Of a DNA stretch of 64,000 nucleotides, positions 51,421-63,489 are shown piece by piece. A program made the position numbers and the translations under genes. The notes under the pieces were generated by a model, which saw only the letters and a program-made list of their open reading frames with translations, did not search any database and had not been told where the DNA came from. Within the stretch, counting starts at the first letter, position 1. Every line of letters begins with the position of its first letter. Source of the DNA: Scyliorhinus canicula (lineage: Eukaryota); the NCBI RefSeq assembly GCF_902713615.1, contig NC_052151.1, positions 372,001 to 436,000 of the forward strand. Direction: 5' to 3'.

Positions 51421-53427
51421 CCTTGAACACCTCAGATCTGTCTTTCAGTAGGGAGTCAATCTTGCGGTTGAGCCATGGTTTCCGGTTGGGGAACGTACGT
51501 ACTGCTTTCTTTGGCACGCAGTCGTCCACACATTTGCTGATGAAGTCTGTGACGGTGGTGGCATACTCATTTAAGTTAGTCGCTGAGTTCTTAAATATGG
51601 ATCAGTCCACTGTCTCCAAGCAGTCACGTAAGAACTCTTCTGTCTCCTCGGACCAGCACTGCACAACCTTCTTAGCTGGATTCTCCCGCTTGAGTTTCTG
51701 CTTGTAAGCCGGGAGAAGAAGCACAGTCTTATGGTCTGATTTCCCAAAGTGCGGTCGGGGGATGGAACGGTAGGCGCCCTTGATTTTTGAGTAGCAGTGG
51801 TCAAGAGTGTTGTAGCCCCTGGTGGTACAGGAGATGTGCTGGTGGAATTTTGGCAGTACACTCTTGAGGTTGGCTTTGTTGAAGTCTCCGGCTACGATGA
51901 ACAAGGCCTCCGGGTGTTCTGTTTCATGGTTGTTTATGACTGTGTCCAGTTCATCCAGCGCCTTCCTCACTTCTGCCTGGGGTGGGATGTAGGCCGCTGT
52001 GATAATGGCTGAAGTGAACTCACGTGGAAGATAGTATGGGCGGCACTTTACGGTCAGGTATTCCAGGTCTGGGGAGCAGTAGGTCGCCAGGGTCGCCACA
52101 TCCAAGCACCAGGAGGAGTTGATGAGGAGGCAAACCCCTCCACCCTTCGCTTTGCCTGAAGATGCCGTGCGGTCCGCCCGGTGAATAGAGAAGCCTTCAG
52201 GTTGTATGGCACAGTCCAGTGAGGCAGGGGTGAGCCATGTCTCTGTGAAACAGAGCACACAGCAGTCTCTTACTTCACTCTGAGAGGTAAGTCTGGCGTT
52301 AAGTTCATCCAGCTTGTTTTCAATCGCTTGGACGTTTGCCAGGAGTATGCTGGGGAGAGGGGTCTTGGAAACCGCTTTGCTTCAGTCTAACCTGCAGACC
52401 GCTGCGTTTCCCTCGCTTTCCTCGGTCGGCGGCGACTGAGGCTGGATGGTCTCGGGATGCGATGTGAGGTGTGGCCTTGTGGGAGGTAGGTGGTTGTGTT
52501 TGGTAGGGTCCCGGGCGCTGGCTTCGATTTGGAGTTGCCAGGGAGGCGAGTTTGCCCCTGCATTCTGTAAATATGGAGCGATCGAGTCCTCACGCGGGGT
52601 CTCCGCTGGTCCGGGGGTCTTTAGTCCAGATTTGGGTCGGAGGCAGGGCCTTCCTGGGTCAGGTTGGGCCAGGTGCCGTCTTCGGCTCCAGCATTGGTAG
52701 TCTGGTCGGTGGCTCCTGGAATCGGGCCTTGGGGTAGGCATGGTCAGGTCTCCACTTGGATTCTTCTTTCCTCCGTCTGCCGATAAAGCGGGACGCTGGG
52801 CAGGTCCCTCCGGATCGGGCATTGCGGAGGCTGGGTCGGGCGTGCCGGGGGCTGGCGTCGCTTCCCAGGCCAGGGCGGGTCCCTCCGGATCGGGCATTCC
52901 GGAGGCTGGGTCGGGCGTGCCGGGGGCTGGCGTCGCTTCCCAGGCCAGGGCGGGTCCTGCGCGAGGTCTCTCCGGGGTCCCTCCGGATCGGGCATTCCGG
53001 AGGCTGGGTCGGGCGTGCCGGGGGCTGGCGTCGCTTCCCAGGCCAGGGCGGGTCCCTCCGGATCGGGCATTCCGGAGGCTGGGTCGGGCGTGCCGGGGGC
53101 TGGCGTCGCTTCCCAGGCCAGGGAGGGTCCTGCGCGAGGTCTCTCCGGGGTCCCTCCGGATCGGGCATTCCGGAGGCTGGGTCGGGCGTGCCGGGGGCTG
53201 GCGTCGCTTCCCAGGCCAGGGCCTGCGCGAGGTCGAGGCCGGACTTCCCGTTCAGGCCTCATCTGCTTCCAGGTCAAAGCCAGGGTCGGGTCGGCCCACG
53301 GACATCGGAGGATCTTCAAAGCTGTACGTAAACATAAAAGAGAAAGGTTAGAGATAGTGTATCCTGTTAAAATTAAGTTTTAAAAGGTTAGTATGGTTAT
53401 AAGAGATGTGATCTGTGTGAGAGAGCT
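51421..53427 (-). mobile_element. Rex1/Babar-clade LINE 5' part (5'UTR with tandem repeats + APE endonuclease)
   Basis: ORF 51602-52258 CFTETWL...KGGGVC...YIPP...AGDFN...TLDHCY...SDH, with a GC-rich upstream region. Confidence 0.85.
52803..53222. repeat. GC-rich 75/98-bp alternating tandem repeat
   Basis: Units start at 52803, 52878, 52976, 53051 and 53149. Confidence 0.9.
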
Positions 53428-53888
53428 TGAATACCGCCCAGTCCATCACACGAACCTGCCTCCCATCCATGGACTCCATCTACACCTCCCACTGCCGGGG
53501 GAAAGCGGGCAGCATAATCAAGGATCCCTCCCACCCGGCTTACTCACTTTTCCAACTTCTTCCATCGGGCAGGAGATACAGAAGTCTGAGAACACGCACG
53601 AACAGACTCAAAAACAGCTTCTTCCCCACTGTCACCAGACTCCTAAATGACCCACTTATGGACTGATGAACTTATGGACTGATCTGATCTCTCCACATAT
53701 TTCCCCTACTGATTAGTACTGTACTCCTGTATGTGTCACCCGATCCTGTGTCTGTGTATTTACAGTGTGTATTCATCGTATGTCCTATGTTTTTCCAAGT
53801 ATGGAACGATCTGTCTGGATTGTACGCAGAACAATACTTTTCACTGTACCTCAGTACACGTGGACATAAACAAATCCAATCCAATCCA
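53428..53888 (+). mobile_element. Rex1/Babar-clade LINE 3' end
   Basis: [38 protein letters not shown] with an (AATCC)n tail. Confidence 0.85.
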
Positions 53889-54270
53889 GCAATTAAATAA
53901 GGGTAACTACAAAGACATGAGGGAGGAGCTGGCCAGAGTTGATTGGAGAAGGAGCCGAGCAGGGAAGACAGTGGAACAGCAATGGCAGGAGTTTTTGAGG
54001 GTTATTCGGGAGGCACAACAGAAATTCATCCCAAGGAGGAGGAAACATGCTAAGGGGAGGACAAGGCATCCATGGCTGACGAGGGAAGTCAAGGACAGCA
54101 TCAAAGCAAAAGAAACAGCATACAAAGTGGCGAGGATTAGTGGGAAGCCAGAGGATTGGGAAGCCTTTAAAAGCGAGCAGAGGACAACTGAAAAAGCAAT
54201 AAGGGGGGAGAAGATGAAATATAAGTGTAAGCTAGCTAGTAATATAAAGGAAGACAGGAAGAGGATTTTC
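53889..54270 (+). mobile_element. CR1 ORF2 middle fragment
   Basis: NKGNYKDMREELARVDW...PWLTREVKDSIKAKE.AYK...LASNIKED. Confidence 0.8.
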
Positions 54271-55450
54271 CGTGGCGACCATGTAGTGAGCCACCATTTG
54301 GTGGCTCCCACTCAAAGCGGATTTCTTCGGTCTTTTCCCCACCCAAAGGGTGTAGTATTTGGGAGCAAGAAGTACAGGAGTTCCCGGGGAAGGTAATACT
54401 CCTCTGGTGTGGCTGGTGTATGGATCCGGCGTTCCTGGGGAAGGTAACACTCCTCTGGTGTGGCTGGTGTATGGATCCGGCGTTCCCGGGGAAGGTAACA
54501 CTCCTCTGGTGTGGCTGGTGTATGGATCCGGCGTTCCCGGGGAAGGTAACACTCCTCTGGTGTGGCTGGTGTATGGATCCAGCGTTCCCGGGGAAGGTAA
54601 TACTCCTCTGGTGTGGCTGGTGTATGGATCCGGCGTTCCCGGGGAAGGTAATACTCCTCTGGTGTGGAATCTTTGTGGTGCGCCACAGGGAAAGATGGCA
54701 GAGGGCAATGGGGGCGGCTGCTTGCCAGGTAGTTGATGGAGCAGCTGATAAAGTTCCTCAATGATAAGTTTTGGCAGCAGAGTTACAAGGCCCTGAAAGA
54801 CTAAGCCATGGTGGTGAGATCTGGGACGAGCGAGCGAGCGGAGCAGAGGCTGGAGTCCCAGGGCCTGACCATCCAGAAAATGGAGGAGGCGATTGGGGAC
54901 CACGAGGAGCAGTTGGCCTTGTTGGTGGCTAAGATGGGAGTGACGCGGGAGAGCCGGAAAAAAGCTGAGGGAGAAGGTGGAAGATTTGGAGAATCGCTCC
55001 AGGAATAAAACCTAAGGATTGTCGAGCTGCCTGAAGACGTTGAAGGTGCGGAGGCTGCGGTGTATGTGGCAAAGATGTTGGAGAGGTTGATGGGGGAGGG
55101 GGCCTTTGACTGGCCCCTGGAGGTGGACCAGGAGCACAGGGCACTGAGGAGGAGGCCACAGGCAGGCGAGCTGCCGCCGACAATGGTGGTGCGACTCCAC
55201 CGCTTTCTGGACAAGGAGAAGATCCTTCGATGGCTGAGGTTGACCAGGAAATGTACCTGGGAAGGACCTGGGTGTGGACCTGGTGAAGAGGAAGGCCACG
55301 TTTAACCAGATTAAGGCCGGATAAAGGGGGGTGAGGTTTGGGGTACCCGGCTCACCTCTAGATGGCTTTCCAGAAACCAGAGTACTGCTTCGGCCCACCA
55401 GAGGAGGCGATGGAATTTATGAGGGACAATGAACTGGGAGGAGGGTGAGG
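54271..55450 (+). mobile_element. L1-clade LINE 5'UTR + degenerate ORF1
   Basis: Coiled-coil followed by (frameshifted) ENRSR..NLRIVELPEDVEG...EVDQEHRAL...MVVRLHRFLDKEKILRW, similar to L1 ORF1p. Confidence 0.75.
54380..54667. repeat. 51-bp tandem repeat x5.6
   Basis: GTTCCCGGGGAAGGTAAYACTCCTCTGGTGTGGCTGGTGTATGGATCCGGC at 51-bp spacing. Confidence 0.93.
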
Positions 55451-55615
55451 ACATGGAACTTTGGAGGAGTTTTGCGTGTTCTTTAAAGTGTTTTGTAGTG
55501 GGATTTCAGGGCGGGTTTTGACGGGGGAGCAATGATGGTGAGGGTGCCTTTTGTTACTGGTGAGGGATAGGTAGTTGGGGCGGTTGGGGGGGGGAGGTAT
55601 TGGAGGGAGGTGAAA

Positions 55616-55867
55616 TGTTCTTGTCGGATGGCCTGATTTATATTACAAGAACACTTGTAGCTAAAGCTATAAATGATTTATTCACATTAACTGTGAGTCA
55701 AATATATACAAAACAACAGATGAATAACAGTATGAACATGTAAAAGCAACTTCTCTCCCAACTTCCAAGTCAGACTGAGGTCACCTGACACTAACATTCA
55801 CTTATTATACTAATGAGACTTCTAATGGTCTGTCAGTGAATTACAACACAACCATGAGATCACCACA
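55616..55867 (-). mobile_element. 3' LTR (~252 bp) of a Gypsy-like element
   Basis: On the minus strand, PPT AAAGGAAAGGGGA lies directly before TGTGGTG, with an internal AATAAA and an end at ...AGAACA. Confidence 0.75.
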
Positions 55868-56445
55868 TCCCCTTTCCTTTGAAGGAATAAATTAGTACAT
55901 TATCATCAGTATATTTACATGTGATATCATTAACCTGTGAGTCTAACAATATTAATTGTTTTTTTAAAACTGGTTTAACAAATATCCATGTATATATGTG
56001 TATATATGAACAAGAAAAAACAGCAAGCATAGTTCGTACAAATAGTCCAAATCTACAAATTGAGTCAATCAGGTTTTCTTCTGACTGTGGCTGATCTTCT
56101 CAAATTTGACCTTGCTGCTCAGAACTTGTAGATTCAATGTCCTCCGTGACATTCTCATGCTCAGGGACTGCTGTAATATCTGACACTGCAGCCGACGTTG
56201 ATTCTGACCTAGATTCATCATCCATCACATTGTTATGAAAGAGTGCGCGATGATTTCTTCTAAACACCAACCCTTCATCAGTCTGTATATTGTAGGAACG
56301 AGCTGCTACTTCTTCAAGTACAATGGCTTTTCTCGATCAGTTCCCTGAATTTTCGATTCTCACAATGTCAGCACAACTCAGAGGTGGTAACATTCTGGAC
56401 ACTCTATCATTGAACTGCTTTTGTTTCTCTTTAATGTTTGAGTGG
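55868..56445 (-). mobile_element. Gypsy-like integrase C-terminal remnant + 3' region
   Basis: LPPL...DIVRI...ARSYNIQTDEGLVFRRNHRAL...LRRS...RRKPD, typical of a Gypsy pol tail. Stops are present. Confidence 0.75.
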
Positions 56446-57998
56446 GTTTGAGGCAGAGGGGTTTGAGTGAGGTAGTGAGGCAGAGGGGTTTGAGTGAGGT
56501 AGTGAGGCAGAGGGGTTTGAGTGAGGTAGTGAGGAAGAGGGGTTTGAGTGAGATAGTGAGGCAGAGGGGTTTGAGTGAGATAGTGAGGTAGAGGGGTTTG
56601 AGTGAGATAGTGAGGCAGAGGGGTTTGAGTGAGGTAGTGAGGCAGAGGGGTTTGAGTGAGGTAGTGAGGAAGAGGGGTTTGAGTGAGATAGTGAGGCAGA
56701 GGGGTTTGAGTGAGATAGTGAGGTAGAGGGGTTTGAGTGAGGTAGAGGGGTTTGAGTGAGGTAGTGAGGCAGAGGGGTTTGAGTGAGGTAGTGAGGAAGA
56801 GGGGTTTGAGTGAGATAGTGAGGCAGAGGGGTTTGAGTGGGATAGTGAGGTAGAGGGGTTTGAGTGAGGTAGAGGGGTTTGAGTGATGTAGTGAGGCAGA
56901 GGGGTTTGAGTGAGGTAGTGAGGCAGAGGGGTTTGAGTGAGATAGCGAGGCAGAGGGGTTTGAGTGAGATAGTGAGGTAGAGGGGTTTGAGTGAGATAGT
57001 GAGGTAGAGGGGTTTGAGTGAGGTAGAGGGGTTTGAGTGAGGTAGTGAGGCAGAGGGGTTTGAGTGAGGTAGTGAGGCAGAGGGGTTTGAGTGAGATAGT
57101 GAGGTAGAGGGGTTTGAGTGAGGTAGTGAGGCAGAGGGGTTTGAGTGAGGTAGTGAGGAAGAGGGGTTTGAGTGAGATAGTGAGGTAGAGGGGTTTGAGT
57201 GAGGTAGAGGGGTTTGAGTGAGATAGTGAGGTAGAGGGGTTTGAGTGAGATAGTGAGGCAGAGGGGTTTGAGTGAGATAGTGAGGCAGAGGGGTTTGAGT
57301 GAGATAGTGAGGCAGAGGGGTTTGAGTGAGATAGTGAGGTAGAGGGGTTTGAGTGAGGTAGAGGGGTTTGAGTGAGATAGTGAGGTAGAGGGGTTTGAGT
57401 GAGGCAGAGGGGTTTGAGTGAAATAGTGAGGCAGAGGGGTTTGAGTGAGGCAGAGGGGTTTGAGTGAGATAGTGAGGTAGAGGGGTTTGAGTGAGGTAGA
57501 GGGGTTTGAGTGAGGCAGAGGAGTTTGAGTGAGGTAGTGAGGAAGAGGGGTTTGAGTGAGATAGTGAGGCAGAGGGGTTTGAGTGAGATAGTGAGGTAGA
57601 GGGGTTTGAGTGAGGTAGTGAGGAAGAGGGGTTTGAGTGAGGTAGTGAGGTAGAGGGGTTTGAGTGAGGCAGAGGGGTTTGAGTGAGGTAGAGGGGTTTG
57701 AGTGAGGTAGTGAGTAAGAGGGGTTTGAGTGAGGTAGAGGGGTTTGAGTGAGGTAGAGGGGTTTGAGTGAGGTAGTGAGGAAGAGGGGTTTGAGTGAGGT
57801 AGAGGGGTTTGAGTGAGGTAGTGAGGAAGAGGGGTTTGAGTGAGGTAGTGAGGTAGAGGGGGTTGAGTGAGGTAGAGGGGTTTGAGTGAGGTAGTGAGGA
57901 AGAGGGGTTTGAGTGAGGTAGAGGGGTTTGAGTGAGGTAGAGGGGTTGAGTGAGGTAGTGAGGAAGAGGGGTTTGAGTGAGGTAGTGAGTGTAGAGGG
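56440..57998. repeat. Purine-rich minisatellite, 27-bp GAGGGGTTTGAGTGAGGTAGTGAGGCA with a 19-bp variant
   Basis: Read directly. Ends at the N gap. Confidence 0.95.
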
Positions 57999-58498
57999 NN
58001 NNNNNNNNNNNNNNNNNNNNNNNNNNNNNNNNNNNNNNNNNNNNNNNNNNNNNNNNNNNNNNNNNNNNNNNNNNNNNNNNNNNNNNNNNNNNNNNNNNNN
58101 NNNNNNNNNNNNNNNNNNNNNNNNNNNNNNNNNNNNNNNNNNNNNNNNNNNNNNNNNNNNNNNNNNNNNNNNNNNNNNNNNNNNNNNNNNNNNNNNNNNN
58201 NNNNNNNNNNNNNNNNNNNNNNNNNNNNNNNNNNNNNNNNNNNNNNNNNNNNNNNNNNNNNNNNNNNNNNNNNNNNNNNNNNNNNNNNNNNNNNNNNNNN
58301 NNNNNNNNNNNNNNNNNNNNNNNNNNNNNNNNNNNNNNNNNNNNNNNNNNNNNNNNNNNNNNNNNNNNNNNNNNNNNNNNNNNNNNNNNNNNNNNNNNNN
58401 NNNNNNNNNNNNNNNNNNNNNNNNNNNNNNNNNNNNNNNNNNNNNNNNNNNNNNNNNNNNNNNNNNNNNNNNNNNNNNNNNNNNNNNNNNNNNNNNNN
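57999..58498. other. Assembly gap (500 N)
   Basis: Run of N. Confidence 1.
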
Positions 58499-59538
58499 GA
58501 AGACAGAGAGTGGTAGTTGATGGGAAATGTTCAGAATGGAGTTCAGTTACGAGTGGCGTACCACAAGGATCTGTTCTGGGGCTGTTGCTGTTTGTCAATT
58601 TTATAAATGACCTAGAGGAGGGCGCAGAAGGATGGGTGAGTAAATTTGCAGACGACACTAAAGTCGGTGGAGTTGTAGACAGTGCGGAAGGATGTCTATA
58701 GATAATAGACATAGATAAGCTGCAGAGCTGGGCTGAGAGGTGGCAAATGGAGTTTAATGTGGAGAAGTGTGAGGTGATTCACTTTTGAAAGAATAACAGG
58801 AATGCGGAATATTTGGCTAATGGTAAAATTCTTGGTAGTGTGGATGAGCAGAGGGATCTCGGTGTCCATGTACATAGATCCCTGAAAGTTGCCACCCAGG
58901 TTGATAGGGTTGTGAAGAAGGCCTATGGTGTGTTGGCCTTTATTGGTAGAGGGATTGAGTTCCGGAGCCATGAGGTCATGTTGCAGTTGTACAAAACTCT
59001 AGTACGGCCGCATTTGGAGTATTGCGTACAGTTCTGGTCGCCTCATTATAGGAAGGACGTGGAAGCTTTGGAACGGGTGCAGAGGAGATTTACCAGGATG
59101 TTGCCTGGTATGGAGGGAAAATCTTATGAGGAAAGGCTGATGGACTTGAGGTTGTTTTCGTTAGAGGGAAGAAGGTTAAGAGGTGACTTAATAGAGGCAT
59201 ACAAAATGATCAGTGGGTTAGATAGGGTGGACAGCGAGAGCCTTCTCCCGCGGATGGAGGTGGCTAGCACGAGGGGACATAGCCTTAAATTGAGGGGTAA
59301 TAGATATAGGACAGAGGTCAGAGGTGGGTTTTTTACGCAAAGAGTGGTGAGGCCGTGGAATGCCCTACCTGCAACAGTAGTGAACTCGCCAACATTGAGG
59401 GCATTTAAAAGTTTATTGGATATGCATATGGATGATAAGGGCATAGTGTAGGTTAGATGGGCTTTAGTTTTTTTTTCCATGTCGGTGCAACATCGAGGGC
59501 CGAAGGGCCTGTACTGCGCTGTATCGTTCTATGTTCTA
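58499..59538 (+). mobile_element. CR1 LINE RT C-terminal half + 3'UTR
   Basis: [38 protein letters not shown] and a (TTCTATG)n-type tail. Confidence 0.93.
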
Positions 59539-61637
59539 AGTAACTATGGTGATGGGGATCAGTAACTATGGTGATTGGGGATCAGTAACTATGGTGATAG
59601 GGGATCAGTAACTATGGTGATGGGGATCAGTAACTATGGTGATGGAGATCAGTAACTATGGTGATAGGGGATCTGTAACTGTGTTGATGGAGGATCAGTA
59701 ACTATGGTGATGGGGGATCAGTAACTGTGGTGATGGGGGATCAGTAACTATGGTGATAGGGGATCAGTAACTATGGTGATAGGGGATCAGTAACTATGGT
59801 GATGGGGGATCAGTAACTGTCGTGATAGTGGATCAGTAACTATGGTGATTGGGGATCAATAACTGTCGTGATAGTGGATCAGTAACTATGGTGATTGGGG
59901 ATCAATAACTATGGTGATGGGAATAAGTAACTATGATGATAGGGGATCAGTAACTATGGTGATGGGGGATCAGTAACTATGGTGATAGGGGATCAGTAAC
60001 TGTGTTGATGGGAGATCAGTAACTATGGTGATGGGGGATCAGTAACTGTGGTGATGGGGGATCAGTAACTATGGTGATAGGGGATCAGTAACTATGGTGA
60101 TAGGGGATCAGTAACTATGGTGATGGGGGATCAGTAACTATGGTGATGGGGATCAGTAACTATGGTGATGGGGATCAGTAACTATGGTGATAGGGGATCA
60201 GTAACTATGGTGATTGGGGATCAGTAACTATGGTGATGGGATCAGTAACTATGGTGATGGGGGATCAGTAACTATGGTGATGGGGATCAGTAACTATGGT
60301 GATGGGGATCAGTAACTATGGTGATGGGGATCAGTAACTATGGTGATGGGGATCAGTAACTATGGTGATGGGGGATCAGTAACTATGGTGATGGGGATCA
60401 GTAACTATGGTGATGGGGATCAGTAACTATGGTGATGGGGGATCAGTAACTATGGTGATGGGGGATCAGTAACTATGGTGATGGGGATCAGTAACTATGG
60501 TGATGGGATCAGTAACTATGGTGATGGGGGATCAGTAACTATGGTGATGGGGATCAGAAACTATGGTGATGGGGGATCAGAAACTATGGTGGTCGGGGAT
60601 CAGTAACTATGGTGATAGGGGATCAGTAACTAATGGAATGGGGGGGTCGGTAACTATGGTGATGGGGATCAGTAACTACGGTGATGGGGATCAGTAACTA
60701 TGGTGATAGGGGATCAGTAACTATGGTGATGGGGATCAGTAACTATGGTGATAGGGGATCAGTAACTATGGTGATAGGGGATCAGTAACTATGGTGATGG
60801 GGGATCAGTAACTGTGGTGATGGGGATCAGTAACTATGGTGATAGGGGATCAGTAACTATGGTGATGGGGATCAGTAACTATGGTGATAGGGGATCAGTA
60901 ACTATGGTGATGGGGATCAGTAACTATGGTGATGGGGGTCAGTAACTAATGGAATGGGGGTCAGTAACTATGGTGATGGGGATCAGTAACTATGGTGATA
61001 GGGGATCAGTAACTATGGTGATGGGGATCAGTAACTATGGTGATGGGGGTCAGTAACTAATGGAATGGGGGTCAGTAACTATGGTGATGGGGGATCAGTA
61101 ACTATGGTGATGGGGATCAGTAACTATGGTGATGGGGGATCAGTAACTGTGGTGATGGGGGATCAGTAACTATGGTGATAGGGGATCAGTAACTATGGTG
61201 ATGGGGGTCAGAACTATGGTGATGGGGGATCAGTAACTATGGTGATGGGGGATCAGTAACTATGGTGATGGGGGATCAGTAACTATGGTGATAGGGGATC
61301 AGTAACTATGGTGATGGGGGATCAGTAACTATGGTGATGGGGATCAGTAACTATGGTGATGGGGGTCAGTAACTATGGTGATTGGGGATCAGTAACTATG
61401 GTGATGGCGATCAGTAACTATGGTAATGGGGGATCAGTAACTATGGTGATGGGGGATCAGTAACTATGTGATGGGGGATCAGTAACTATGGTGATGGGGG
61501 ATCAGTAACTATGGTGATGGGGAATCAGTAACTATGGGGATGGGGGATCAGTAACTATGGTGATGGGGGTCAGTAACTATGGTGATTGGGGATCAGTAAC
61601 TAATGGATGGGGGATCAGTAACTATGGTGATGGGGGT
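59539..61637. repeat. 22-23-bp minisatellite GGGGATCAGTAACTATGGTGAT
   Basis: About 90 tandem units. Confidence 0.96.
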
Positions 61638-61659
61638 TTATGGGATGTGTCCTGGTTTC

Positions 61660-62345
61660 CACCCGGAGTGTTTATTCAGTGGGAATCGCGGCGGCTTCCG
61701 GGAGAAAAGTGTCCGGAATCCGGGAGAGAAACCGAGAGGGAGACAGAGAGACAGAGACCCCGGGACCGAGAGACTGGGCCCCGGGACCGACCGACCGAGA
61801 GAGAGAGAGACAGAGAGAGAAACCGAGACCCCGGGCCCGAGAGAGAAACCGAGAGGGAGACAGAGAGACAGAGACCCCGGGACCGAGAGACAGAGACCCC
61901 GGGCCCGTGAGACAGAGACCCCGGGCCCGAGAGACAGAGACCCCGGGCCCGAGAGACTGGGCCCCGGGACCGACCGAGAGAGAGACAGGGCCCCGGGACC
62001 GAGAGACTGGGCCCCGGGACCGAGAGGGGGGACACAGGTAGGGAGGGAGCCCCGGGACCGGGTGGGAGCCCGGGGACTGTGTCCGGGACACAGAGGGCGG
62101 CACCGAGACACCCTCACCCACACTGAGAGAGAGTGGGGCCCGGGCCTGAGGGGCAGACCCGGGGGGGGGGGGGGGGGGGGGGGGGGGAAGGGGTCTGAGG
62201 GCCGAGAGGGACTGAGGCTCCCCAGGAGTGAGGGTGTGGGAGACTCTCCCGGAGTGAGGGTGAGACTCTCCCGGAGTGAGGGTGAGACTCTCCCGGAGTG
62301 AGGGCGAGACTCTCCCGGAGTGAGGGTGAGGGAGAGACTCCTGGA
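61660..62345. promoter_or_regulatory. CpG-rich island with short GA/CCCGGG repeats; candidate promoter or first exon
   Basis: Dense CpG, an ETS-like CTTCCGG at ~61696, and donor-like CAG|GTAGGG (~62038) and CAG|GTGAGT (62493). Confidence 0.35.
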
Positions 62346-62683
62346 ATGAGGTTGAAGAGGAGAGTGGTTCCCCCCAGCGAAAGGAAGACGTTTGACTCCT
62401 GAAGAGGGTTACAGTGGGTGCTGCACCTCAGTGGTACCCGTGTCGGTGGTTAGACTTTGCGAACCCAGCAGTGCCAAGGGGGAACCAGGCAGGTGAGTAC
62501 CTATTTCAACACTTCTCTACACCACCATCAGAACTGATGAGAAGGTCAACACATCTTCCCGAACATATCATTTTGAATTTAAATTTGGCTCAAATCTCTA
62601 CCTGTATTTTATTTGTTCAACCCACGTTGCTAGAATTTGACCTACTCTGGTAGCCGCAGCATTCTATATCATGACTGTTACCT

Positions 62684-62892
62684 GGTCACCCAATCGCTGG
62701 CCGAGTTGGTGGTGGAGGCAGAGACCCTAAACGCTTTTTAAAAACTACCTGGATCTGCACTTTAACTGCTGTAAGATACAGGGCAATGGACCGGATGCAG
62801 GAAGGGGGGATTAGAAAGGGCATCAGGGTGTCCTCGGCTGGCATGGACAAGGTAGGCCAAATGGCCTCCTGTGCTGTAACTTTTCTATGATG
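62684..62892 (+). mobile_element. CR1 3' end fragment
   Basis: VVEAETLNAF-like sequence and the tail GGCCAAATGGCCTCCTGTGCTGTAAC...CTATGA. Confidence 0.65.
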
Positions 62893-62972
62893 ATTGTGAG
62901 GGGATCCATCCATTGAGATCCAGTGCCAATGAGGGTGATCCACATTAGCAGCCAATACAATGATCCAATAAC

Positions 62973-63300
62973 TTAGAATCCCTGCAGTGCAGAAGAAGGC
63001 CATTTGGCCCATCGAGCCTGCACTAACCGTCTGAAAGAGCTATCCTCCAACGCCCGCTTCCTGCCCTAATCTGAAACCCCTTGAACTAACCAAAACATCC
63101 CTGGATACAAAGGGCAATTTATCATGTCTAATCCACCTAACCTGCACATCTTTGGACTGTGGGAGGAAACCGGAGCACCCGGAGGAAACCCACGCACACA
63201 TGGGGAGAAAGTGCAAACTCCGCACAAACACTCCCCCAAAGTCGGAACCGAACCCGGCGCTGTGGGACAGCGGTGCTAATAACTCTGCCACCGCCGCACC
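62973..63300 (-). mobile_element. HE1-like V-SINE
   Basis: V-domain core as at 12613. Confidence 0.8.
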
Positions 63301-63489
63301 TCCCAACCCCATAGTAGTGAATACAGAAACAGGTGGGTACTGAAATGAACACGTGGCTGGGGAGATGGTAAAAGAGGAGGGCTTTACAGCAGGCTTGAAG
63401 GGCCGAATGGCCTCCTGCTTCTATTTTCTATATTTCTATGTTCAAAAACTATAGAGTAATAATGATACTGACCCAGATATTGATCAGGA

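Noticed and set aside
56440-57998. Telomeric repeat
   Set aside because: G-rich but not (TTAGGG)n.
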